From Eledone cirrhosa (Eukaryota): DNA of 64,000 nucleotides. A model generated the notes under the pieces. It had not been told where the DNA came from. It saw nothing but the letters and a program-made list of their open reading frames with translations, and did not search any database. The position numbers were made by a program, and so were the translations under genes. Location: contig OZ024741.1 of assembly GCA_964016885.1 (NCBI GenBank), forward strand, positions 199,826,001 through 199,890,000. Direction: 5' to 3'. Below are positions 48,786 through 60,479 of this stretch, in pieces. How positions within the stretch are numbered: position 1 is the stretch's first letter; every line of letters starts with the position of its first letter.

Positions 48786-51184
48786 CTACAAGAACAACAA
48801 ATAAAACAAGTTACTTAGGAAGACAGAAAAGAATATTTCTAACTATAATTTTCTATTCTTTTAAAGCAAATTCTATTCTTTTTTTGTTGAATAAGTCTCA
48901 TCAATGCCCTACAAATTATGCAGAAAAAGTGTTATTGAGAAGAAAAGCCAAACACCCCAGCCACATTATCTCAGATTTTATTTTTCTTGGGTGTGAAACT
49001 TTCATACTAATTTCATTCAAGCTGGTTGAGCAACCAAATAAAGGGTTCTCCTTATCTTGCTATAACTAGAGTTTAAGAATATTTAGGACTAAATATCCTC
49101 TATGGCCTAGTGGTCAGTGTGAGGAAGAGTAGCAGCTCCATGTCTGAGGAACCAGTGGTCTCAATAAAGACCAGTGGAAAAAACAATGTTAGTCAGTTAT
49201 TTGTATTAAGTCATCTTCCACTTGTCTGTCAAGAAGCTAACAGCACTCAGGTTTATAACTGAAGTAAGAAGGTTTTCATTGGGATATTTGTTACAAAACA
49301 TGGCATCCTAAATGAGCAAGTTGCCCAGCTCAAGTGGGAAAAGAATTGCCTCATCCTGTCATTGTCAATAATGAACACTGCTCCACTGTAGCTTTAATGT
49401 AGAATGCCGCCAGTTAACAAAGAGAGTGCCATGTTGCACCAGGTGCCACTATTTGGTTTCAAGGCAGTTCAGAGGCAAGTGAGATTTGATATTTTAACAG
49501 AATTGTAGTAATAATTTTTATATGTCACCATTTTAGAAGTATTTAAATGATGTTAGTTATGTTTGTAGTTTGTTGTAACAGTAAAGGTATAATTCATTGA
49601 TGAAGGTTAAGGTGAGAAAAGCTGGATTGAGCTGGCATGCCAAAACAAATGAAACAAACAAATTAAGGTTTCAGAAGGCATGGCACTGGCTGAGGTGTTA
49701 GCCAGGCCGTGGTTACATTGTTGGGTTAGATGTTGGTTAATGGTTGCAGAGAAAAAGAAAAATGCTTGTTTACTTTACCATGGTCAAGGCTGCAAGAGAA
49801 TTAGCTTATTAAAAGTCGCGGGAAAGTCTCTATTTGGGCGGAAGTTGAAAATACATATCCGTGCGCGGCTAGCAATTGGCCTAACTTAGCCAAATCACGC
49901 ACGGACAGGGTATCAATGCGCCAAAGGAAAGTAGCTTGCTACAATATTATCCAGGTTGTGTTGATTGGCTGAATTCTGGGGTGAACCCTGACAGCATGTG
50001 CCACCTGAACTTATTGTCTTGTCTAGATTAGGCCTAGTTGTCTTACAGATAACCCTCATAGACAGGTGCATCACTGGTGGTGATGAAAGAAATATAAAGC
50101 TAACAATGCCAATTCAAATATTGAGAGGAAGTTGAAGCTGCTGAGGCTCTCAGGAATTTTTACTTGTTGCCAACAAGTACCATAGAAATTACTTTGTAGA
50201 TGAATTCTATTAATGAAAGATATCACCAAAAGAATGGCACAGCAAAATGAACATTTTAGAAAAATGAAGCAATTCTTCAACAGGGAGATGGCTCACATGG
50301 GCTGGATGGATAAACATTTTGTTTTAAATATTTTCTATAATATCCTACCATACAATAGACCTACCTTTATATTTGTTAATTTCTTGTATCTCAATAGGGG
50401 ATGTAACATAACATCTTAAGGAAATTGCAATGACTGTGGAAGTAGAAAACAAGATTTTTTAATAAATAAAACAACCAGACGACAAAATAATTGAATGAAA
50501 AATTATATACAAGCATTGCATCATTTTTTCAGAAGCAGATAGAATCAAGCAAATTGAAGAATATAACTTGCTCAATGATAAAACACGAGTAATATGCTTT
50601 CAAATTGTGATATTTATACCAAAAACACTCATTCCTCAGAACATTTTGATATTTTATCTTCAAATGTTTGGTCTTCACTGAAGAATATTCTTTATTCAAC
50701 AAATTTCAATTAAATCATAAAAGGTTTGCAATAAAAAAAAATCATATAAAGAAACCAAGGAGATGGGATGATGGTGCAGCAAACTCTACACTCTAGTCTG
50801 AGTGATTTATTTATATATATATAACAACCCATGACACTTGCTGCATAAGCCATTCCACTTCAGGGAGCTCATTACTCAGGTAGGGTGTACTCCACCCAAT
50901 AATTTTGCAGAGGAAAACAGTAGTTCGGAACTGGGGGTATCAGAGGTCTCGATGTCAATCAGTATGAAAATAAAGCAGTTGGTCAAGTGTTGGTATTTGT
51001 TATGTGACCAGCACTTCAATACCTCAATTTCACCACTACTATGCTACACGACAACCAGACAATGACTATCAAAAACTAAATTATAAATCTCTGTTGTGAA
51101 GAAACATTCTTGGTTAATACAATCTTTAAAAACAATGTTGAATTCTGAATAAGTCATTTGGAGATTTTAGTTTTGTTTCATTTA

Positions 51185-52100
51185 TCTATATATATAAAAC
51201 TGAGGTTGTCTGTTTGTCTACTAAAACGGTCGGCACACATCTCCTCCTAAACCGTACGTTCAAATTTCGGTGAAATTGCTACACTTATAGATGAAGGTCC
51301 GGCGGAGACATCGGTCAAAAACATTTTCAAATCAACCCACGCCAAGTGCAAAAATCGAATTTGTAATGTATTGATTTTTCAGTTCAAATGTATAAATAGA
51401 GATGAGAGACGAGTTATTTCACTTTTATGGCGTCATTCTGTCTATCTATTTACATTACGAATAAAGGACGTATGCAAAAGTACAAAAATACACGAACAAC
51501 TTTCGGGCCAGCAAAATTTTAACCTGCAAAATTCATGAGTTCGAAGTTTCAACATTAAGCTTCCATTTTGCTTCATTTTCATTAAAAAGTCTTTTAAAAC
51601 AATATTTTTACTTGAAAACAAGCCTATTTGAATACACCGTAAAACAAGCAAATATTTTGTAAAAAAAGGATTCATCTCGAATAAAGCCTTATGAGATTTT
51701 CATTTAGAAGCAATGATTTTAAACGACAGACAGATAACGCATTTTTCTTTTTGTTTTTCATGTCCATCCAATTTCTTTTTTTCAAAATAACTGATAGTTT
51801 GGTTACGCTGATGTTTTTCTCTGAGACAAGTGTTGCAGTGTTTACATTTTCGATTTTTGTTAATAGATTATCAGTGCAGTTTTTTATCCCCAGCATCCTC
51901 TTTTGTTTTAACATTCGGGTTATGGTTATGTTTTCTTAACTTCATAAGGCATACTGTTGGTTGAGGGAATATTAATCAAAAGTACCACATGAAAGTCTAC
52001 ACTGTAGACTCTACAGTTTTTAAGTCAAGAAAGGAACTTAACATTGTAACTTTAACACAGCTACTGAGCAGCCCCGAGCAACACCGGGCTTTACTACTAG
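51185..52100 (+). mobile_element. Complete non-autonomous Helitron (916 bp)
   Basis: A|TC start, subterminal hairpin cccgagcaacaccggg, CTAG|T end, no target duplication. Confidence 0.82.
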
Positions 52101-52209
52101 TATAGAATAAAAATGTTTCCTATCTGTTTTAGAAAGTACATGTGCAAACGCCCCTGAAACATACACAGGAACTACTGAGCTTCAGGGGGCTGCAGGAGGC
52201 TATATATCT

Positions 52210-52850
52210 TCATCATCACTATTTAATGTCCATTTTTCCATGCAAGCATGAGTTAAATGAGTTGTCTCGTTGTGAGACAAGCCAGGTTGGATGACCCTGT
52301 CTTGCTCACACATAACTGATTTTGGCTAGGTTTCTATGACTGGATGCTCTTCTTAATGCCAACCCCCTTTACAGTGTGTACTGGATGCTTTATATTGTCA
52401 CACCTACATGACCACTTTACAGTGTGGGCTGGGTGCTTTTTGTTCTGTCGCCAACACAACTACCTTACAGTTTGAACTGGGTGCTTTTTGTCATGGCACC
52501 AAAAATGACCGCTTTACAGTGAGGACTGGGAGCTGGGGTGTGGGAGGTGCATGGGATTGGTGAGGTAGATCTAGGGGGGGGGGATAATGGGTGGGGTGTT
52601 AGGATGTGGGTGGAGTATTATGACATGGGAGGTGTACAGAGGTGGACTGAAGTGCATACTAGATATATGCTTCAACTTGTGCACATGGGAAAGTGAATCT
52701 TCTGTATTACTACATCTCAATCCTGTGTCATTAATTTTGAGAGGTGTAATTGTGCAAGGTCTGCTTTTATCACCTCATCTGAAGTCTCCCTACTCCATAG
52801 CTTCAATCAACTTTGAGTGCTCTGCACTATTTTATTCAGATGCCATCCTT
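52210..52850 (-). mobile_element. RTE LINE 3' end/3'UTR with internal ~40-bp tandem repeats
   Basis: (CAT)n tail, ctggatgct..tcttaatgccaacc, repeated tttacagtgtg..ctgggtgctttt. Confidence 0.75.
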
Positions 52851-53756
52851 CATACACATAACATGTCCACACCAATGCAATTTCCTCTCCTACACACTGG
52901 CCTGTGATGAGAGTACTTATAATTATTTCTAAAATACGGGTTACTTCTCGAGTCAGGTGGAAAGCATTCCACTATGATAAAAAACACCCAGTACACCAAA
53001 ATAAAAATTATCAGGATGATTAATACAGGTTTAAATCCTATGAAATAATTATAAATACTCTTGTCACAGGCAAGAGCTGCCCCATACAAAATATGTATTT
53101 GTGCAGTAACATGGTATACCAATGTGTAATCAGTATAAACAAACAGAAAATAAAATATATTGGGGTTACTTCAAATATAATGAAGAAAAGGTGGTATTTT
53201 CACACCAGTGGCGTGCAGAGCTCTGGTGATGCCTGGGACAAATCTTGATTGAATGCCCCAAAGACTCAAGTATAAGGCCTAATATACTGAGAAATATTAT
53301 GAGAAAGGAAAATATTTTGAATATATAAACACAGATGAAACATGAAATAAACGCTTTATTCAATTTTAATATAAATCAATCAAATTTATTAAGTTCTTTT
53401 CCCCAAATGATACCCACATCCAAATGATGCCCGGGGCCATCACCCCCCCCCCCCCCCCCCTGCATTCTACTGGTCCACACACATTCCTTCAAAAATCATA
53501 AATTTAGAAATTCTACAACTTTAGCCAAAGTATGGGAACTGGAGTGACACGCCTTTTCTCTCTGATTCCTGATTTTGCTTCTAAGTCTGAAAATTCTTCT
53601 CTAGTTCATCTGTAGATTCAGCTATGAGAACTAAATCATCTGCATGTAGGAGTTATCACAGGTAGCCAGTTTTAAACACCTGTGTCATGGCCTGGAAAAC
53701 TTTAATTATCATATGTATATATGTGTATGTATAAATCTGTATGTGTGTGTGTGTCT

Positions 53757-54785
53757 ACAACGTTTGTCCCAAAAGTATGGGTATTGATGTTTTATTAAAG
53801 TGTATATTAGATGTAAATGTAGTTACATGTTATCTTGGTTTCAATGTTTTTCTCCATTCATTGCAGCAGAACTGGAAGTCATTTTCAGTGAGTGTCTGTT
53901 TGTCAGTTACAATTTTTTGTACATTTTCCACAGTCCCAAAATGACGACCCTTTAACTTCAATTACAACTTAGGGAAGAGGTAGAAATCACATGGAGCCAG
54001 GCTGTAGGGAGAATGTGGAAGAGTGGGAATGTTTTTCTTCACCAGAAATTCTCTAATTGAAAGTGTTGTGTGAACAGTACCCAATCTTCTGGAATGTCCT
54101 TTCAGACTTGCTGGACTTGATTTTGAAGTTATTCCATGATATCTTTGTAGAAGGTGTGATTAACTGTCAGTCTTGGAGGTAAAAATTCTTTGTGAACAAT
54201 ACCACAGCTGTCGGTAAAACTGATAATCATCGTTTTCACCCTAGAGCTGCTTATGTGTGCTTTCTTCAATCAAGGAGAATTTTTCATATGCCACCCCTCA
54301 CTTTGTTGTTTTGTCTCTGGATCGTACTCAAACACCCATGATTCATCTCCTGTTATTACTTTATACAAAAAATTTGGCTCAGTTTCAAGTTTTTGTGGAA
54401 AATCCTGACAAATTTCCAACTGGTTCACATTTTGCTCCACTGACAAGTGTTTGGGCACTGGTTTTGCACACATTTTTAACATATTCAAATTATCTCTTAA
54501 AATTCTGTGGACTGCCTTTTTATCCAAGCCTGTTTCTTCTGCAATCACCCTAACACTTAATCGATAACTTTTCACTATCACTGCTCGTGCCACTCCAACA
54601 TGTTGATCATTTGTTGAACGAGATTTGTCTTCAACATTTTCTCAGCCCTCTTTGAAAGTGTTATGCCACTTAAAACCGTTACTTCTGAATAGAGTGGCAT
54701 ATCCACAAGTTTGTGTCAAAGAATTAAATGTTCCAGTGGCAGATTTGTTGAGTTTCACACAAAATTTAATTGTTCAATTCAATAT
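53757..54785 (-). mobile_element. mariner-family transposon remnant
   Basis: RLSVRVIAEETG, M.KMCAK.VPK.L, ITGDESWVFEYDPETKQQS; frameshifted; second TIR not seen. Confidence 0.85.
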
Positions 54786-54788
54786 TTT

Positions 54789-55660
54789 CATCATCATCAT
54801 AATCATCATCATAATCATCATCATTTAACATCTAACTTCCACGTTAGCATGGGTTAGACGGGTTTGTCCCATTTGAGGCAAGTTGGGTCAGGTGACCGTG
54901 GCTCGCTCGTATATGACTGTTTCTGGCTGGTTTTCTATGGTTGGATGCCCTTCCTAACGCCAATCACATTTATAGTGTATGCTGGGTACATTTTGTCGTC
55001 ACACCTACACAACCACTTTATAGAGTAAGGGTGATGTGGGTGGAAGTGGGAGGGAGGTGTAGGGGATGTGGGGTGTATATTGGATTACTGTATAACGCCA
55101 AAGATCTCGATCCTGTGTCATTGTCTTAGAGAGGTGCAAGATCAGCTTTTATCCCTTCGTCCCAGGTCTTTCTGGGTTACCTACTCCACAGCTTCCATCA
55201 ATTTTGATCACCCTGCACTTTTTTATACAGCTGTTGTCTTATACAGCTGTTGTCTTTCATACGCATCACATGACCATACCAACGCAATCTCGTCTCGAGT
55301 AAACAGCATCTGATCCTTCTTATGCCTAATTTCTCACTTAGTTCTTTTATGCTTTGCTGTTCATGTATATTACTATTACACATCGATTGGAGGATGCATG
55401 CTTCATTTCTTTCCAAACTGCACAGATGCTCTGCACACAATGCCCAAGTCTCACTGCCATGAAACGTTGCTGTTCATATTTAGAGAGTAACCTTTTGTGG
55501 CCAACAGCGGTATTGGCTTCCTGAAATTTTTCCATCCTGTTTTGACTCTGGCTACTGCACTTTCAGAACACCCTCCTCCACTGCTGATTTTGTCACCTAG
55601 GTAACGGAAGGTGTCCTGCGGACACTTGCTTCTTTCTGCACCTGAGCGTCGGCCACATTG
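54789..55660 (-). mobile_element. RTE LINE 3' fragment with 3'UTR
   Basis: FRYLGDKISSGGGCSES, RLRWYGHVMRMKD, (CAT)n tail. Confidence 0.87.
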
Positions 55661-55910
55661 CAAACATAACAGAGGTTATGAACATATCTGAACATAAACA
55701 GCAATAACTCACAACTGACCCAATTGATCATGTTGAAACATGCATGTACATGCAGCCAAGGTCATAACCCATACACATATTAACAAAGTGCTGCATTACC
55801 ATATCATACATAGGAAAATCAATACCCTTCCGTTTGGACAAACCCAGTTGTGTGTGTGTTTGTATGTGTATGTGAGCCTAAGGTTTAATATTGAAAAAGA
55901 TATTACTTAC

Positions 55911-56003
55911 AAATAAATATTTTCCACTGTGTATGCATTGCAAATGAAGATTCTGCACTGTACTGGAGAGTTGATTGCTTCCTTTTGAAATAGTTTCTAA
56001 TAA
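55911..56003 (-). other. Candidate upstream (5'UTR/start) exon of CPQ
   Basis: Strong acceptor (ttttttttttaatcctacag) and donor (gtaagtaa) enclose 93 nt of non-repetitive sequence containing GCAATG (MHTQWKIFI, phase 1). No recognisable homology. Confidence 0.35.
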
Positions 56004-56139
56004 CTGTAGGATTAAAAAAAAAAGAGGTTAATATTTGGCATATCATTATGACTCAACAATATTCCACCTTAGAGTATTTGATATGTCTATTATCAATTAG
56101 GCTTGTAAAAAAAAACATATTTTTGATAGTGACAACAGA

Positions 56140-56990
56140 ATTATCATTGTCATCATTGTCATTAACATAATCACTAATGCTGCAACCAGCATTAACCCAT
56201 GTCCACTCCTCCTCCTCATCCCCATCATCATCATCACCAACACCACCATCATCACTATTGCCATTATCATCACCACCATCACAATTGTCATCATCATCAC
56301 CACCACTACCATGATCATTATCGCCATCACCTTCATCATCAGTATCAACACCACAACCACCACCACTACCATCATCACCACCAACACTACCATCATCACT
56401 ATTGTCATTATCATCACCACCACCACTACCATGATCTCTATCGTCATCACCACCATCAGTATCACCATCACTACCATCATCATCACCAACACTACCATCA
56501 TCACTATCGCCATTATCACCACTACCATCACTATCGTCAACACCATCACCACCATCACCACTACCATGATCACTATCATCATCACCATCACCGCCATCAT
56601 CACCATCACCACTAACATGATCACTATCGTCATCACCATCATCACCATCACTACCATCACCACTACCATGATCACTATCGTCATCACCATCACCACCATC
56701 ACCACCACCATGATCACCATCGTCATCACCATCACCACCATCACCACTACCATGATCACTATCGTCATCACCATCACCGCCATCATCACCATCACCACTA
56801 CCATGATCACTATCGTCATCACCATCATCACCATCACCACTACCATGATCACTATCGTCATCACCATCACCATCACCACCATCACCACTACCATGATCAC
56901 TATCGTCATCACCATCATCACCATCACCACTACCATGATCACTATCGTCATCACCATCATCACCATCACCACTACCATGTATTATCATGT
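56140..56990. repeat. (CAT/CAC)-derived trinucleotide array with higher-order 33-45-bp units
   Basis: Recurrent catcaccactaccatgatcactatcgtcatcac. Confidence 0.95.
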
Positions 56991-57029
56991 AGTGATGTTT
57001 AGTCCGCAGAAGGAAAGATTAAATGTGTG

Positions 57030-58885
57030 AGATGGGAACAATACAAAGACAGGCCGGGGATTTTACATACAGTCGTGTAAAAAATATAAAAACAAACAAT
57101 TACAACAATTGAAATCCCTAATAGGGGGGAGGCGCCACAAATGCGTTGTTTAATACCCCGTCGATAGAACAACCCTCAACTTCAGGAGCGTGTTGTGCAA
57201 GTGCACCTTTCTTCCTTTTGCTCTCTTCTTCAACCTACAGGCTTATAAACAAAGAAGGCCCAATCACTCGGGCCATTTTTGCTTCATTCACCCACCTTTC
57301 AGTAAATTTGCTGGGGTGCAGTGCCTCTCTCTCCACCCTGATTCTCCTTCTAAAGTGATACTTAAACAAGGGAATCAATTGTTGTCCGGAGAGAAAGGCA
57401 TCTGTCCTCAGTCCTCTCAACCTCGTCCACCATATAACTTCTTTCACGATAGCCACCGTACAGAGGAAAACCGCCTCTCTTTCGTTTTTGAAAGAGGCTG
57501 GCGGTTTGACCCTTACTATGGACTCGGCAGTCAACTGGATTTGTCTCATACACGACAGCAGTTGTTCTACATAGTTCCACAGGTCGGGTACGCCTGGGCA
57601 GTGTACAATTGCGTGCAGGACTGTTTCAATGTCTTGCACGCATCTTGGTCACGTCCTCTTGGAAGGATCCCTGCCGGGGCGTCCGTGCCTGTAGATCTTG
57701 TCACGAACCAGCAGAGCTCCTCAGTAGCACTGCCAGGCCAGGGACCTCTGGAAGTTGTCCATAGGTCCCGGGCGAAAAGTCCTACCAAACAGACTGGTCA
57801 GCTCATCGTCTTCGACATCCAGAGTTTCTCCGACCACGTCGTCGCCCTTGTAACGTACAATCCCTCTATAGAATGTCGAAGTGGAGTCTCCACTGATTGC
57901 TGCGCCCGCTTGCCAGAGGACTGTGAGCGCCTGAGCGCATTCAATGTGCCAGGCGCCCATCGTTTTCGGTCTTTTCTTGACCCAGGACTGCAGCTCCGTC
58001 AGCGAGACGAGCTGTGGGAAAGCCTGTCTCACAAACGGTGCCCACACTGGTTGGGGGTCGGTGAGGAATACCTGGAGATACCGCAGCCTCAGCGCATGTT
58101 TACGCATCATCAGCCATGGCATTCCCAGCCCTCCGTTGGAAGAGTGCTGACAGCAGACGGATCTCCTCACCAGCGGAGCCTGCTTCTTCCACAGAAACTG
58201 GAAGAGCATGCGTTCCATCTTGGCGAGGTGTTCATGGGGACAAGGCACGACAATCAAGCAGTAGTAGATGACGGACGCTATGAAAGTGTTCGCCACCTCT
58301 GCTCAACCTTTCGAGGACAGTTTGCACTCAGCCCACTTCTGGGTGAGTGCAAACACCTTGGCCATGACCTCGATCCAGTTTTTCTCCACCTGGAGGTCTG
58401 GACCGAACCAGACCCCGAGCAATTTCACCGGTCCGTCCGTCCAGCGTCCAACGACGTTGTCGGACATCTTTGGTTTGCCTCTCCACGTACCGAGTTGCAA
58501 ACCGACAGACTTGTTTTGCTCCCGTCAGCGTTTCGTATTCTTTCAGTAAGTTGCCGATCACCCTGACTTCCGAGATGCTCGACACCATTACCGTCACCTC
58601 GTCGTCAGCATAAGCCGACGCCGCTTTGCGCAGTCCCGGTTCTAGAGGGATGCCCTGCAACAGCTCCAATTTCTGCAGTAGTGGCTCTAGAGTCAATACA
58701 TACAGAATGGAGGAGAGAGGGCACCCCTGTCTAATGGAACGCGTGATTGCGAACGGCTCCGATAGGTAGCCATTCACCTTGACCCTCGAGCAGATGCTGG
58801 TGTGCATCGCCTCAATCCATCCTCTGAACACAGGACCGAAACCAGCCACCTTGAGAACCGCTTCCAAGTATCGATGGTCGATAGA
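57030..58885 (-). mobile_element. L1/Tx1-clade LINE, 5'-truncated within RT
   Basis: IDHRYL, RSIRQGCPLSSILYVL.LEP, AYADD, VKLLGVWFG, GGLGMP, C-terminal C.QD.ETV.HA...C; GC-rich relative to flanks. Confidence 0.9.
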
Positions 58886-59703
58886 TAGGCAGATAAGTGG
58901 ATAAGGAGATGAATAGACAGACTGCATTGTTTAAAACCTCCATGCTCCCTGAAATTCGCCAACACGATACCTGATATACCCCTCCATACAAACGCACACA
59001 TGTATATCATAACTCATACACTATTCATTTTCCTGACATTTGTACATTACCCTATGTACTATACATGCGGCTTTGATGAGTTGTAATGAACCTGAGCATT
59101 GTACACAATAATTTCATTATTATTATTATTCTTTGAGTCTCAGTCATTGATGTTATTTAACTGGAAAGTTTGTTCAAATGAACATCAAGCCGCTACCTGT
59201 AGCCTCAGATATTCAGGACTTATCGGAGGGTTCTTGCTGTTCCCAGCAAGCATGCCTTTTGAAGTGTTCCAAAAAACGGGGCTTATTATTATTATTATAA
59301 TAATATATATACAGACAGATAGATATTTTGTTGATTAAGCATTTTTACACTGTATAGAAGGGTCTCAAATATGTTATCTAGTAAAGAAATCTTTGATAAC
59401 TGTATACATTAATTACACTGGCCAAAAAGGGAAGGTAAATTCTGTTGTCTTGAAAGTTAAACAAAATCTTGTGTATATTTGGAGCACTAATTTCAGATAG
59501 ACCTTCAATTTGGCTCAATCACCTCCAGTTTTGGAGTTACAATATGCATGTTTATATATTGATATATCCACTTAGGAGTTGAAATTGAGGACTTGAATAA
59601 CATCTTATATTTTGGCTTCCTAGAATTTAAATGTATTTCTGGATACATTTACACTGCTGAGTTGCCTTATCAACTCTAATTTATTGATCAGAATATTGTG
59701 GGA

Positions 59704-60195
59704 GAATTACACCACGCTGGCTATTAGACCTCTCATCACATTCCGTTCTCTCTCTCATTCATTCCGGTTTATTTTTATTGTTGTTTTTCCTAAGTCTCCT
59801 ATGATGATCATGATGATATATGCATGCTGCTCCATTAACCCATCACATCTCGTTCTCTCTCTCTCATTTACCCTGTGCTACGAAGCAAGACGCACATTTT
59901 TGATTTCTGAAAGGCTACACGGATTCCTAAATACCTTCAGATTTCTGCAGCTCATCCGTAAATATTATTCTCCTTTCTCGTAGATATTTGCCTTCCTTCT
60001 TTCTCAATTTCAAAATGTCCTGTTCACACAGATTATTTTTACTGTTATCAATTTTTCGAATTACACCACGTTGGCTATTAGACCTCTCCCTCAACCCATC
60101 ACATTCCGTTCTCTCTCTCTCATTCATTCCGGTTTATTTTTATTGTTGTTTTTCCTAAGCCCCCTATGATGATGATGATGATATATGCATGCTGC
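59704..60195. repeat. ~354-bp unit bounded by ~130-bp diverged direct repeats
   Basis: gaattacaccacg.tggctattagacctctc...atatatgcatgctgc at 59704-59830 and 60058-60195. Confidence 0.85.
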
Positions 60196-60279
60196 CTATC
60201 TCACAATTTCCCTCCCTCCCACCCCCACAGGCTATTCGACCAATAAATCTCGACCCATTATCGGCCCCAACAAACACTG

Positions 60280-60330
<51 letters not shown>

Positions 60331-60479
60331 ATACTGCCCTCCTAGCCCTTACCAGCCCCAACAAACTCTGCCATTACTACTACTGTCCTTCTAGCCCTGT
60401 ACTAAATAATAATTCCCTACTGATATCTATGGATGAGCTGAGGATAAATGGAACAACACCGAATTAATAAATGAATATG

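Noticed and set aside
52850-53122. Hydrophobic ORF as the CPQ signal-peptide exon
   Set aside because: No good donor, joining to the 55911 exon makes TGA, and part of it resembles the RTE 3'UTR repeat.
56053-57030. Asp/Gly-rich 311-aa, Val/Met-rich and His-rich ORFs as biomineral or metal-binding proteins
   Set aside because: All are frames of one trinucleotide array, with no splice or codon evidence.
57190-58566. 458-aa plus-strand ORF as a novel gene
   Set aside because: Antisense shadow of the GC-rich Tx1-like ORF2, with no recognisable motifs.
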